Shown here piece after piece: positions 46,974 through 57,388 of a DNA stretch of 64,000 bases. The notes under the pieces were generated by a model, which saw nothing but the letters and a program-made list of their open reading frames with translations, did not search any database and was not told the origin of the DNA. The stretch lies in contig JAKPSH010000288.1 of assembly GCA_029555385.1 (NCBI GenBank), positions 26,718 through 90,717 on the forward strand. The letters run 5' to 3'. Every line of letters starts with the position of its first letter. Position 1 is the stretch's first letter. The translations under genes were made by a program, and so were the position numbers. Source of the stretch: Pseudomonadota bacterium. Lineage in GTDB: Bacteria; Bdellovibrionota_C; UBA2361; SZUA-149.

Positions 46974-47057
46974 GCAGCAAAAGGACTCTTGCCGCCGTAG
47001 AGTTTTTCGGGGAAAGGAGCGTGAAACGTGCAGAAGGACGCTTAATAGCCGGTAAAT

Positions 47058-48140
47058 ATGGCGCAGCAATCAATCGTTGATTTATTTTACGCCGCAAACA
47101 AGCTGCACGCGCAGTATGAGCAGAAATACGGCCGCAAAATGGTTGCGCCGGAACAGGAAAATTCCTCGCGCGTCCTTGAATTCGTCGATACACAGAATCG
47201 AAAAGTATCGGTTCTGCTGGAATTGCGGGGAGACCGCCATGCCTTGGTGCTGCTCGCGGAAATGGTACAAAAGCTGGATCGTGTGCCGCCCCGGCAAATA
47301 TTGTTTATCGTTGAAGGACTCGGGCGTCAGGGCATTGAACAGCCGCGCTACAGTCCGCAGTATCTAGCCGAGGAAATCGCCCAGCGCTATAAGATTGCGC
47401 TGACCGGCGGCATAAAGACCGTTGCCGATTGGGATGTCATCACTGAAGTAATAGCCGAGTGCGCGGTACAGCGTCCACCGGTACCGCGCAAACGGGTAAT
47501 CGGTGCGCTCTTGCTTTCGGAATCGCTGAAGAGCTGGCGGCGCAGCAAGCAGAACATTCTTGAAGCAATCGAAACCCTTGCCTCTTGTTGGAATACACCG
47601 GAGCAGCGCGTCGTAAGCATCAGCGAACTTTATGCGGCAAGCGAAAGGTTCACACAGCTCGAAGCTGAACAAAAAAAACAAATCAACGCGCTGATGGCGG
47701 CGGCCGCGAAAAAGAATGCTGGTAGACTGGACCTGGAAAACTGGCTGGTGGTGACAGAAATCATTGATGACGCTGTGCGTAAAGGGCTTGCACGGGATCT
47801 GGTCTTAGGCTCGGCCGTGAACACAATGGCTCCAGTTGATGCAGGAGGATATCCGGACTTCGTTCATGCGATGAACACGGCTATGCAAACTTGGGGCGAA
47901 GGCGTAGGCCGCGAAGAACTACATAAGTGCCTGATTTCCGCGCAAGCAGATCGCCGTAAATCTCCGGACAGCTTTATGGCGACAACGCAAAAGATCGGTC
48001 AAATTTTTACAGTTGTCCAAACCGAACTCACGGCAATCAATATTCAGCGAGCTCTTCAGGAAAACAATCGCGCACGCAACGTGCTCGTTGTGGCCAGTCT
48101 GATACATGAAAAGGTAATTCGTTCCGCTTTCGGGTATTGA
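47058..48140 (+). CDS. Hypothetical soluble protein (360 aa)
   Basis: Clean ORF downstream of the channel gene; no recognisable motif. Confidence 0.5.
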   Translation: MAQQSIVDLFYAANKLHAQYEQKYGRKMVAPEQENSSRVLEFVDTQNRKVSVLLELRGDRHALVLLAEMVQKLDRVPPRQILFIVEGLGRQGIEQPRYSPQYLAEEIAQRYKIALTGGIKTVADWDVITEVIAECAVQRPPVPRKRVIGALLLSESLKSWRRSKQNILEAIETLASCWNTPEQRVVSISELYAASERFTQLEAEQKKQINALMAAAAKKNAGRLDLENWLVVTEIIDDAVRKGLARDLVLGSAVNTMAPVDAGGYPDFVHAMNTAMQTWGEGVGREELHKCLISAQADRRKSPDSFMATTQKIGQIFTVVQTELTAINIQRALQENNRARNVLVVASLIHEKVIRSAFGY

Positions 48141-48409
48141 TTGCGCCTGCCGGAATGCCTTTCGGAAAAAATCCGCAATTACCCTTTGGTGTTGCAAATA
48201 TTTGGGCGGGAACCGTGCACGGTATAGAAATACGATCCGAACAGCCCCACTTTTTCTTGAGGCATAGCCGCAATGGGGCTATGCGGCACTCTCATGAGTT
48301 TATGGGTTCAATGACAAGCCATTGATTCATTCCCGCAAAGCTGTTTGAATGGGCATGCCTCTGGCACCGTTTCCGACTTATTTCGTCTCTAAATTTAGGT
48401 AATTCTGAA

Positions 48410-49252
48410 GTGGCTTGGTTTTCAAGGAAAAAAGCGCCTAAACCTTCGGCGGATGACAGCGCTAAGCTCGAAATCCCCGGTGGGTTGTGGACCAAATGCA
48501 CTGGCTGCAGCGAGATTGTTTATACGCGGGAGCTGGCGAGAAATTTGATGGTATGCCCGAAATGCAGCTATCACTTTTATCTGCCGGTTGATCAGCGCAT
48601 TGAGTTGCTCTGCGATCGCCATTCTTTCGAAGAATTCGACGCCGCTCTAAAAACCGCTGACCCGCTTAAGTTCAAGCGCTACTGGGATAAGCTTAAAGAA
48701 TACGAGAAGCGGACAGGAAGACCGGACGCCGTCCGTACAGGACGTGCACGAATTGATGGAAAAGTAATAATGCTGGGCCTGCTCAATTTTGCCTTTATGG
48801 GCGGCAGTATGGGCATTGTTGTCGGCGATAAGCTCGCGCGCCTGATCGAAGCAGCGGCCCAGGAAAGAGTCCCCGTGATCATCGTCTCTTCTTCAGGTGG
48901 AGCCCGCATGCAGGAGGGGCTGTACTCCCTGATGCAAATGGCGAAAGTGGTCGCCGCACTGCAAAAGTTGTCTGAGCTTAAGCTGCCCTACATCTCAGTC
49001 ATGACCCATCCGACAACGGGCGGTGTTGCGGCGTCGTTTGCCATGCTCGGTGACATCAATGTTGCGGAGCCCGGCGCATTGATTGGGTTTGCCGGGCCGC
49101 GCGTGATTGAACAAACAATCCGCAGCAAACTCCCGGAAGGCTTTCAACGCGCTGAGTTTTTGCTCGAGCACGGAATGGTGGACCTGATCGTTGAACGGAA
49201 AAATATGAAGACCTGTCTGTCGCAAATGGTCGACCTCTTGGTCCGCCACTGA
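48410..49252 (+). CDS. accD: Acetyl-CoA carboxylase carboxyltransferase beta subunit
   Basis: Zn-ribbon 'CTGCSEIVYTRELARNLMVCPKCSYH', 'FMGGSMGIVVGDKLARLIE'. Confidence 0.9.
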   Translation: MAWFSRKKAPKPSADDSAKLEIPGGLWTKCTGCSEIVYTRELARNLMVCPKCSYHFYLPVDQRIELLCDRHSFEEFDAALKTADPLKFKRYWDKLKEYEKRTGRPDAVRTGRARIDGKVIMLGLLNFAFMGGSMGIVVGDKLARLIEAAAQERVPVIIVSSSGGARMQEGLYSLMQMAKVVAALQKLSELKLPYISVMTHPTTGGVAASFAMLGDINVAEPGALIGFAGPRVIEQTIRSKLPEGFQRAEFLLEHGMVDLIVERKNMKTCLSQMVDLLVRH

Positions 49253-49278
49253 TAGGCCGGAAGCGGACTAGCTGAGTC

Positions 49279-51918
49279 ATGCCGTATTCCTGTCATGTTA
49301 TCGCCGGCAATTCCAACTCAAGGAACGGCTTATCTGCCCGCACTCGAGCGCCAGCACACAGAACAGCAGAGCGGCAGCCGCGTGCGGCTCTCTTTAAATT
49401 TTCAGCAATTTTCTGCTTGTTGGTCAGCGTGCCCACAGCAGCGTTTGCTCAAACCCAAGTTCAGGTGGAAAAGCCGGATCGCCGCTATCTTTTCCTCGAA
49501 GACAAGTACAAGAAGCAAACAGACAAAGCAAAACGCCAGGAACTCAAACGCAAGCAGAAAGCTGCCGCGGCCAAACAGTCATTGGGTGAGATTCTGCCTT
49601 TTGACATTAATGCGGCAACGCTCAACTACGATTCAACAGGCAGCGTAGCCACCGCAGAAGGCGGGGTGATTATCACCTATTCTTCGCTCGTCGCTGAAGC
49701 AGACAGAGCCAGAGTTGATATCCAAAAGAACGAAGCCGATATGTCGGGAGATGTCCGCATCAGCGACATAACGTCGAACCTTCTTGCTGATTGGGCGCAT
49801 TTGAATTTCGAGTCCGGACATGCGCAGATGAATAACGTGGAGGTTTTTTTTGCGGACGGCGACTACCGCCTCTTTGCGGCACAGGCCGACAGGCAGCCCG
49901 GAGATTCCTACACCCTAAAAGATGCCGTGTTGTCCACGTGCCAGTGCCCGGACGACGACCGCTGCCTGCCTTGGAGTTTGCGCGCAAAAGAGGCCGAAAT
50001 TACCCGCAATGGCTATGGCGAAACATGGGATACCACTCTTGCCGTAAATGATGTGCCCGTCTTTTATTTTCCTTATTTAATCTTTCCGGCAAAAACAGAA
50101 CGGCAGTCCGGATTGCTGCCGGCGTCCTTCGGCGGGGGAAGGAAAAGCGGCTTAGATTTCCAGCTCCCGCTTTTTCTTGCGCTTAACGAAAGCTCCGATA
50201 TGACCTTGACCATGGATTACGAAAGTAATGTTCATATCGGCGGGGAAGTTGAATACCGCCGCATATTCTCCCGGCGCAATGAATTAGAAACCGGACACAT
50301 TTATCTCAACGAGTCGGCCCGAGATGGCGACTTGCTGGGAACCAACACAGACGGCCTGTATGACGACAGCATTGACGCTAATCGTTATGGCGGCTACCTC
50401 AACCACTCCTGGAGCGGCAGCAGCGTGCAATACCTGATGCGCGGACGCTACGTATCGGACGACCTGTTTGTTCGTGAATATGAGTCAGATAATATCGCCC
50501 CCTACAATGCGCGCTTTGTTACTTCGCAAGCCGCGCTCCGCGCGCCGCTTGCCGGCTCGTTTTCGGCAGATCTTTCGGCAGAATACAACCAATCTCTAAT
50601 TACGAACGATGACTTGGAATTGCAGCGGCTGCCGGAGCTGAATATCGCCGGCACGAATACCTTTCGTCCGTTTGGAGAAAACCCGCTGGGCATGTCCCTC
50701 GTCTCAACAACGAATTTGTCTTCTGTTTATTTCACGCGCACCTCCAGTTATACTGGCAACCGCTCCGAAGCTTACGAAAGGCTAAAGTTTCCATTTCATG
50801 TGCGTAATTATTTTGATGGCTCGTTTGAGGCCAATGTCCGGGCCACTAGTTATAGTTTAACGGACAATGTCATCGATCCCGCGGATCCGGTTTACGACAG
50901 TTCCGCTGCCGACAACACTTTCCCCGATTCGTCCACCCGCCTGCTGCCGAGCTTCATCTGGACTTTAAACAGCGTCGTGGAAAAGGTTTTCCCGGTTTCC
51001 GATGAAAATTTGATCAAGAAGCTCGCCGATCTCGGCGCATCCAGCAGAACGCAGGAATTAGTACGCCTGAAACATACGATTGAGCCGGGAATCAAATACC
51101 GCGTTACACCTTTTGTTGATCAGTCCGATAACCCGCTTTTCGATGATTACGACCACCTCGCCCAGCGCAATGTCCTGACTTACGGCCTCACGCAGCGCCT
51201 GTACGGGCGCTACGATCCGCGCAATGAGTACGTCTATGGCATCGAAGAAACAGCTCCTGAAATTGAAGATATCGGCGGCACACGTTCACCAAGCTTGCTG
51301 GACCCAGCCTTCGCCTTTGGTTTGGACGATAGCACTGCGGAAAGCGGGGACTACCGCCCTCTGCGTCAGGGTTCGATCGCAGAATTAGCGAATCTCAAGT
51401 TGTTTCAGAGCTACGATGTGCTTGAGGCCGAACGCAATGCCGATCCGGCGAGAGAACCCTTGTCGGATTTGGGCGGAGCTGTCACGCTTTTTCCCAACGA
51501 ACACGTGATCCTGCGCAGCGATACCAATTACAGCATCGAAGACAACACCTTCAGCTCGTATTCAATTCAAGGAATGCTCAAGAGCAAACGCGGGGATACT
51601 CTGCGCAGCGGCTTGCGGTTTGTCGAAGAGAACATCCGTCAGTTGGAAAGCGGTCTCGAGCTTCAGCTAACCGAGCATTCGAAGCTGGGATACTACAGCC
51701 GGTACGACGATTTGAGCGGCGAATTCATTGAGCAGAAAGGCGGACTGCGTTTTTTCAGTTCCTGCCGCTGCTGGATCTTTGATGTAATTGTCACCGATAA
51801 GATCAATCCGGACGAAACCAAGATTGGATTCAATGTTACGCTCGTCGGGCTTGGCGAGGTTGGAAATTCGTTTTTTGCCCCGACAAGCAAGACCCGGGAC
51901 GAGCAGAATGGAAATTAA
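49279..51918 (+). CDS. lptD: LPS-assembly outer membrane protein LptD (OstA)
   Basis: Signal peptide 'FKFSAIFCLLVSVPTAAFAQ', N-terminal OstA/LptA-like jellyroll ('ATLNYDSTGSVATAEGGVIITY...ADRARVDIQKNEADMSGDVRI'), 879-aa beta-barrel-rich protein; a 40-aa N-terminal extension precedes the signal peptide, so the start is uncertain. Confidence 0.8.
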   Translation: MPYSCHVIAGNSNSRNGLSARTRAPAHRTAERQPRAALFKFSAIFCLLVSVPTAAFAQTQVQVEKPDRRYLFLEDKYKKQTDKAKRQELKRKQKAAAAKQSLGEILPFDINAATLNYDSTGSVATAEGGVIITYSSLVAEADRARVDIQKNEADMSGDVRISDITSNLLADWAHLNFESGHAQMNNVEVFFADGDYRLFAAQADRQPGDSYTLKDAVLSTCQCPDDDRCLPWSLRAKEAEITRNGYGETWDTTLAVNDVPVFYFPYLIFPAKTERQSGLLPASFGGGRKSGLDFQLPLFLALNESSDMTLTMDYESNVHIGGEVEYRRIFSRRNELETGHIYLNESARDGDLLGTNTDGLYDDSIDANRYGGYLNHSWSGSSVQYLMRGRYVSDDLFVREYESDNIAPYNARFVTSQAALRAPLAGSFSADLSAEYNQSLITNDDLELQRLPELNIAGTNTFRPFGENPLGMSLVSTTNLSSVYFTRTSSYTGNRSEAYERLKFPFHVRNYFDGSFEANVRATSYSLTDNVIDPADPVYDSSAADNTFPDSSTRLLPSFIWTLNSVVEKVFPVSDENLIKKLADLGASSRTQELVRLKHTIEPGIKYRVTPFVDQSDNPLFDDYDHLAQRNVLTYGLTQRLYGRYDPRNEYVYGIEETAPEIEDIGGTRSPSLLDPAFAFGLDDSTAESGDYRPLRQGSIAELANLKLFQSYDVLEAERNADPAREPLSDLGGAVTLFPNEHVILRSDTNYSIEDNTFSSYSIQGMLKSKRGDTLRSGLRFVEENIRQLESGLELQLTEHSKLGYYSRYDDLSGEFIEQKGGLRFFSSCRCWIFDVIVTDKINPDETKIGFNVTLVGLGEVGNSFFAPTSKTRDEQNGN

Positions 51919-51942
51919 CCGACACAGCAAGAGGAGCCGGAT

Positions 51943-52677
51943 ATGAAAGGAGTAATTCTCGCAGGCGGACTTGGCACAAGATTAGCCCCGTGCACGCTGG
52001 TAACCAACAAGCATTTGCTCCCGGTCTACGACAAGCCAATGATCTATTATCCGCTCACAACGCTGATTCAGGCGGGCATCACCGATATTCTGATTGTCAC
52101 CGGCGGGCAGTATGCGGGGGATTTTCTTAAACTGCTCGGCAACGGCGCATCTTTCGGGCTTAAACATCTCAATTACACTTATCAAGAGGGGGAAGGCGGA
52201 ATTGCTGACGCGCTGTCTTTGGCCGAGTACTTCGCCGCCGGCAGCCCGATTTGCGTGATACTTGGCGATAATCTTATCCAGTACAACATTAAATCAGCCG
52301 TAAACGAGTTTGAGCGCCAAGGAAAAGGGGCGCGAATCTTGTTAAAAGAAGTGGAAGACGCTCATCGTTTCGGTGTCGCCGAGATTGTCGGCGACAAGGT
52401 TATACGAATTGTTGAAAAGCCCAAGAATCCTCCCAGTCGTTTTGCCGTGACGGGAATTTATTTTTATGACGGGCATGTTTTTTCGATGATTTCGCGTCTC
52501 TCGCCATCTGACAGGGGCGAACTGGAAATCACCGATGTAAACAATATGTATATTGAACGCGACGAGCTTCAGTATTCGATGCTTAATGGCTGGTGGACCG
52601 ATGCCGGGACATTTGAGTCGCTGCGCCGCGCGACTAATCTTGTGGCGCAGACCGGCGCGAACCTGGAAAACGCTTAG
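51943..52677 (+). CDS. Sugar-1-phosphate nucleotidylyltransferase (RmlA-like, short form)
   Basis: 'MKGVILAGGLGTRLAPCTLVTNKHLLPVYDKPMIYYPL' signature; 244 aa; RBS GAGGAG. Confidence 0.75.
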   Translation: MKGVILAGGLGTRLAPCTLVTNKHLLPVYDKPMIYYPLTTLIQAGITDILIVTGGQYAGDFLKLLGNGASFGLKHLNYTYQEGEGGIADALSLAEYFAAGSPICVILGDNLIQYNIKSAVNEFERQGKGARILLKEVEDAHRFGVAEIVGDKVIRIVEKPKNPPSRFAVTGIYFYDGHVFSMISRLSPSDRGELEITDVNNMYIERDELQYSMLNGWWTDAGTFESLRRATNLVAQTGANLENA

Positions 52678-52710
52678 GGGTAATAATTTGAGTATTCCGG
52701 CAGAACCGCA

Positions 52711-53640
52711 ATGACTTTGCGAGGAAAAACAATCCTGGTTACCGGTGCCGCAGGCATGCTGGGGCGCGATCTCGCGCCGCTGCTGGAGGACGCCGGAACG
52801 AGACCCCTACTGACCGACAACCGGACACCGGGCGATGCCGGACCAAGCATTTCACGCTTGGACATTACCGATCAGGAAGCGGTGAAAGACATCGTCCAGC
52901 ACGAACGTCCGGATTGGATTGTAAACTGTGCTGCTTATACTAATGTTGATCAAGCCGAAACCGACTACCAGACTGCCTTTCAAGTCAATGCCTTCGGTCC
53001 GGCAAGACTCGCCGCCGCCCTGCGCGAATCCGGGGGCAAACTGCTGCACATTTCCTCAGACTATGTTTTCGGCGGCGGGCGCCAGCCAGACGCTGCCTCA
53101 AGGAACCCCTGGTGCGAGGATTCGCCTCTTTTGCCTTGCGGAATATATGGGCACAGCAAGTGTTTCGGCGATCAGCTTGCGCTCGGCACCCTTGCCCCGC
53201 ATGCTGCGCTCATTGTCCGCACGAGCTGGCTTCATGGACGCTATGGGCCGAATTTTTTGGATACAATGCTCCGCCTCGCCAAGGAACAAAAGGAAATTCG
53301 CGTCGTTGACGACCAAATAGGCTCCCCGACTTGGACCAGATGGCTGGCAGAAACTTTGATCAAGCTTATGCAGCATGACGCTTCAGGCGTATATCATGCT
53401 GCTTCACGAGGCGATGTAAGCTGGTTTATGTATGCCGGAGAAATATTCCGGCAGGCAGGACTAGCCGCCGAGCTTAAACCCTGGTCAAGCGCCGAACTTA
53501 ACCGTCCGGCGCCGCGGCCGCCATACTCGACACTTGCGGTAAAAAAGCTGGAAAGGCTGTTGGGCACTCCGTGTCCGGACTGGAAGGATGACATCCGCGG
53601 GCATCTGGAAGAACTGGGAATTTTAAAGGAGAAGCAATGA
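52711..53640 (+). CDS. rmlD: dTDP-4-dehydrorhamnose reductase
   Basis: 'KTILVTGAAGMLGRDL', 'HISSDYVFGG', 'YGHSK'. Confidence 0.8.
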   Translation: MTLRGKTILVTGAAGMLGRDLAPLLEDAGTRPLLTDNRTPGDAGPSISRLDITDQEAVKDIVQHERPDWIVNCAAYTNVDQAETDYQTAFQVNAFGPARLAAALRESGGKLLHISSDYVFGGGRQPDAASRNPWCEDSPLLPCGIYGHSKCFGDQLALGTLAPHAALIVRTSWLHGRYGPNFLDTMLRLAKEQKEIRVVDDQIGSPTWTRWLAETLIKLMQHDASGVYHAASRGDVSWFMYAGEIFRQAGLAAELKPWSSAELNRPAPRPPYSTLAVKKLERLLGTPCPDWKDDIRGHLEELGILKEKQ

Positions 53641-54761
53641 AAGAAGTTGTTGCTGGGCGTTTGGGGCAAGACCTGCCCGCAGTCGCTGTGATTATGGCAG
53701 GTGGAAGCGGAACAAGATTTTGGCCGCTCAGCCGGACGCAGCGCCCCAAGCAGTTTCTGCCGCTTGCCGGAACCGAACAGAGCTTGATTCGCATAACCGC
53801 AGACCGCGTGGAGCCTTTAGTCGGCAAAGCCGGCATCCTGGTTGTTACGGCAGAAAACCAGAAAGGTCTCGTCCTGGAACATATTCCACACGCCTGTATC
53901 TTAGCTGAGCCGCTCGCGCGCAATACCGCGCCCTGTATCGGTTTTGCTGCCAAGTATATTCTTCAGACAGTGGGCGATGTGCCGATGCTTTGCTTGCCAG
54001 CCGATCATGTGGTGTACGGCACGCCAGGCATTCTTGCCGTCTACCGCGAGGCGCTCGCCCTGGCCCGCACCGAGGACGCGCTCGTTACTATCGGCATTAA
54101 GCCCGACAGAGCCGAAACAGGTTACGGTTATATCCAGCGGGGGGAGGCATTCGCGGGCAGTCATCAGCCTGCTGTGCCGGCATATGCCGTAGCACAATTT
54201 GTGGAAAAACCCGACATGCAGACGGCGCAGCGTTATTTGGATTCAGGCGAATTCTTCTGGAACAGCGGCATGTTCGCCTGGCGTCCTTCGGTTATCCTGC
54301 GCGAGATCGCGCGGCTTCTGCCCGGCATCGCGGCCCAGCTTGATATCTTGGAATCATCTCTTTCTCAGCATGACAGCTATTCCAAAGCAGCGGCCGCTTA
54401 TGCCGCGATGGAAGGGGTTTCGATTGATACGGGCGTTTTGGAAAAGGCTGAAAAAGTAATCATGCTCTCTGGATCGTCTTTTTCTTGGAGCGATGTCGGT
54501 TCTTGGAGTTCTTGGTCGGACTCAGTTTTGGCGCAGAACCCGAACGCAGAAGACAATGTAGTGCAGGGCGAAGTCCTGCTGCTTGACTCAAGCGGCTGCA
54601 CCGTAGTAGGCGGAAAGAAATTGATCGCCGGAGTGGGATTATCAGACTTGATTATTATTGATACCGAAGACGCGCTGCTCGTATGCCGCCGCAGCCAATC
54701 ACAGGATGTTAAGAAGGTAGTGGATAAACTGAAAGCTGCTCAGCGCTCCGATCTGCTCTGA
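53637..54761 (+). CDS. manC: Mannose-1-phosphate guanylyltransferase (no PMI domain)
   Basis: 'AVIMAGGSGTRFWPLSRTQRPKQFLPL'; 374 aa; RBS AAGGAGAAG. Confidence 0.8.
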   Translation: MKEVVAGRLGQDLPAVAVIMAGGSGTRFWPLSRTQRPKQFLPLAGTEQSLIRITADRVEPLVGKAGILVVTAENQKGLVLEHIPHACILAEPLARNTAPCIGFAAKYILQTVGDVPMLCLPADHVVYGTPGILAVYREALALARTEDALVTIGIKPDRAETGYGYIQRGEAFAGSHQPAVPAYAVAQFVEKPDMQTAQRYLDSGEFFWNSGMFAWRPSVILREIARLLPGIAAQLDILESSLSQHDSYSKAAAAYAAMEGVSIDTGVLEKAEKVIMLSGSSFSWSDVGSWSSWSDSVLAQNPNAEDNVVQGEVLLLDSSGCTVVGGKKLIAGVGLSDLIIIDTEDALLVCRRSQSQDVKKVVDKLKAAQRSDLL

Positions 54762-54829
54762 ACATGCAACAGGAATGGGAGCAAAAGCAGCGGCTTGAGA
54801 TTGTGGGAAACAGAAAATAAGGCAAATAA

Positions 54830-55801
<972 letters not shown>

Positions 55802-55818
55802 CACTGGTTAGTTAAATA

Positions 55819-56778
55819 ATGAGAGCGTTAGTAACGGGCGGGCACGGTTTTGTCGGGCGGCATTTAGCAGCCCATCTTCTGAGTTGCGGGGATGATGTCG
55901 CTTTAACGTATTATCCCGGAGATCCCGGATACGGCAATGCGGTTGAGATACCAAGAGCTGTGCAAAGTCTGGCTCTTGATATTACCAACAGTGAAATGGT
56001 CAACGAAGTGGTGTCGTTGCTTAAACCGGACGCAATTTATCATCTCGCGGGCATTTCCTTCGTGCCGCAGGGAGAAAAAGACACCAACCAGATCTTCGCC
56101 GTCAATCTGTTTGGCACGACGAATCTTCTTGATGCTGTCTTAAATTATTCGCGCAGTTCCCGGGTGCTGTTTGTCAGCTCGGCTGAAGTTTACGGCAGTC
56201 CGCGTCCAGGCGGGCTGCCATTCACTGAAAACTCGGAGCTGCGCCCGATCAGCGCTTATGGCGTAACAAAAGCGGCGGCGGACCTCAGCGCGTTTCGCTG
56301 CTGGTTTCGCGAACAGATGCATATTGTGCGTGTCCGCCCTTTCCCGCATATCGGCCCCGGACAAAGCGACAGCTTTGCCCTCTCGGGCTTCGCCAAGCAG
56401 ATTGCCGCGATTAAGCTGGGGCAGCAGTCACCGGTGATTCAGGTCGGAAGTTTGGATCCGAAGCGCGATTACAGCGACGTCTCGGATATTGTGCGCGGCT
56501 ATCGGGAGGCATTGCTTAATGGCAAACCGGGAGAAGCCTATAATCTTTGTTTTGGGGAAAGCCTAAGTATTGGCGAGTGGCTGCAGATGCTGATAAAGCT
56601 TGCCGGCATTGAGGTAGAACTGGCGCAGGATGCTTCGCGTGTGCGTAAAGTAGATATCGCCGACCTCTACGGCAGCTTCCGCAAAGCAAACAAGGACTTT
56701 GGCTGGAAGCCGCGGGTTGAACGCGAGGCAATGCTGGACAGCTTGCTCGCTTACTGGCTCGATACGTTAAGTAAGTAG
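55819..56778 (+). CDS. NAD-dependent epimerase/dehydratase; GDP-4-keto-6-deoxymannose reductase/epimerase-reductase (Rmd/Fcl-like)
   Basis: 'MRALVTGGHGFVGRHL', 'YGVTKAAAD' YxxxK; position directly after gmd. Confidence 0.65.
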   Translation: MRALVTGGHGFVGRHLAAHLLSCGDDVALTYYPGDPGYGNAVEIPRAVQSLALDITNSEMVNEVVSLLKPDAIYHLAGISFVPQGEKDTNQIFAVNLFGTTNLLDAVLNYSRSSRVLFVSSAEVYGSPRPGGLPFTENSELRPISAYGVTKAAADLSAFRCWFREQMHIVRVRPFPHIGPGQSDSFALSGFAKQIAAIKLGQQSPVIQVGSLDPKRDYSDVSDIVRGYREALLNGKPGEAYNLCFGESLSIGEWLQMLIKLAGIEVELAQDASRVRKVDIADLYGSFRKANKDFGWKPRVEREAMLDSLLAYWLDTLSK

Positions 56779-57159
56779 CCAATGCTCCGTGTTACCACGC
56801 CGCCACAGAGGAAGTATTCCGCTGTCATATTCGACATGAATGGACTTGTTCTGGATACGTAGCATACCGCTGGCCGCTGATGCAGCCGCTTCTCTTTGTG
56901 AGCTAAAGCATCTAAACTTAGAAATGCGTCCCTGGCTGTTCGCGATGTCCCAGACTGGCTTCTCTGCGGGAAGCAGAAATCACTTCGTTGAAAAGCTGTC
57001 CAGCCTGCGCGACAGGAGCTGGCAGGCGTCTCTCGGAAGCAGACCTGGACTGCACCGGTCCAAAAGGCTATAAAAAGCTACGCTTCGAGGCGACCCGCGC
57101 AAAAGCTGGGGAAATCGCTAGATATTATTGGTTAATTGCTCTTAAAGGATTCTTTGATA

Positions 57160-57351
57160 ATGAAAGTTAAAATCGATGAAGAATTGTGCATGGGCTGCGG
57201 CGTTTGTCCTTCGATTTGCCCCGAGGTGTTCGAAATGGCGGACGACGGAAAAGCTAAAGTTATCGCTGATCCAGTGCCGCCGGGCAGTGAAGACTCCTGC
57301 CGGGAGGCAGTCGAGGGTTGTCCGGAACTTGCGATAAAGATAGTCGATTGA
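57160..57351 (+). CDS. Small single-cluster ferredoxin
   Basis: 'CMGCGVCPSICPEVF...CREAVEGCPELAI' (CxxCxxC...CP); RBS AAAGGA. Confidence 0.75.
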   Translation: MKVKIDEELCMGCGVCPSICPEVFEMADDGKAKVIADPVPPGSEDSCREAVEGCPELAIKIVD

Positions 57352-57388
57352 GTTTCGATTTCTCAGCTCTTATACTGCATTTCGCATA

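Noticed and set aside
49295-49648. 117-aa ORF in an alternative frame at the 5' end of lptD
   Set aside because: It overlaps the lptD signal-peptide/OstA region, whose frame gives a convincing signal peptide and OstA-domain motifs.
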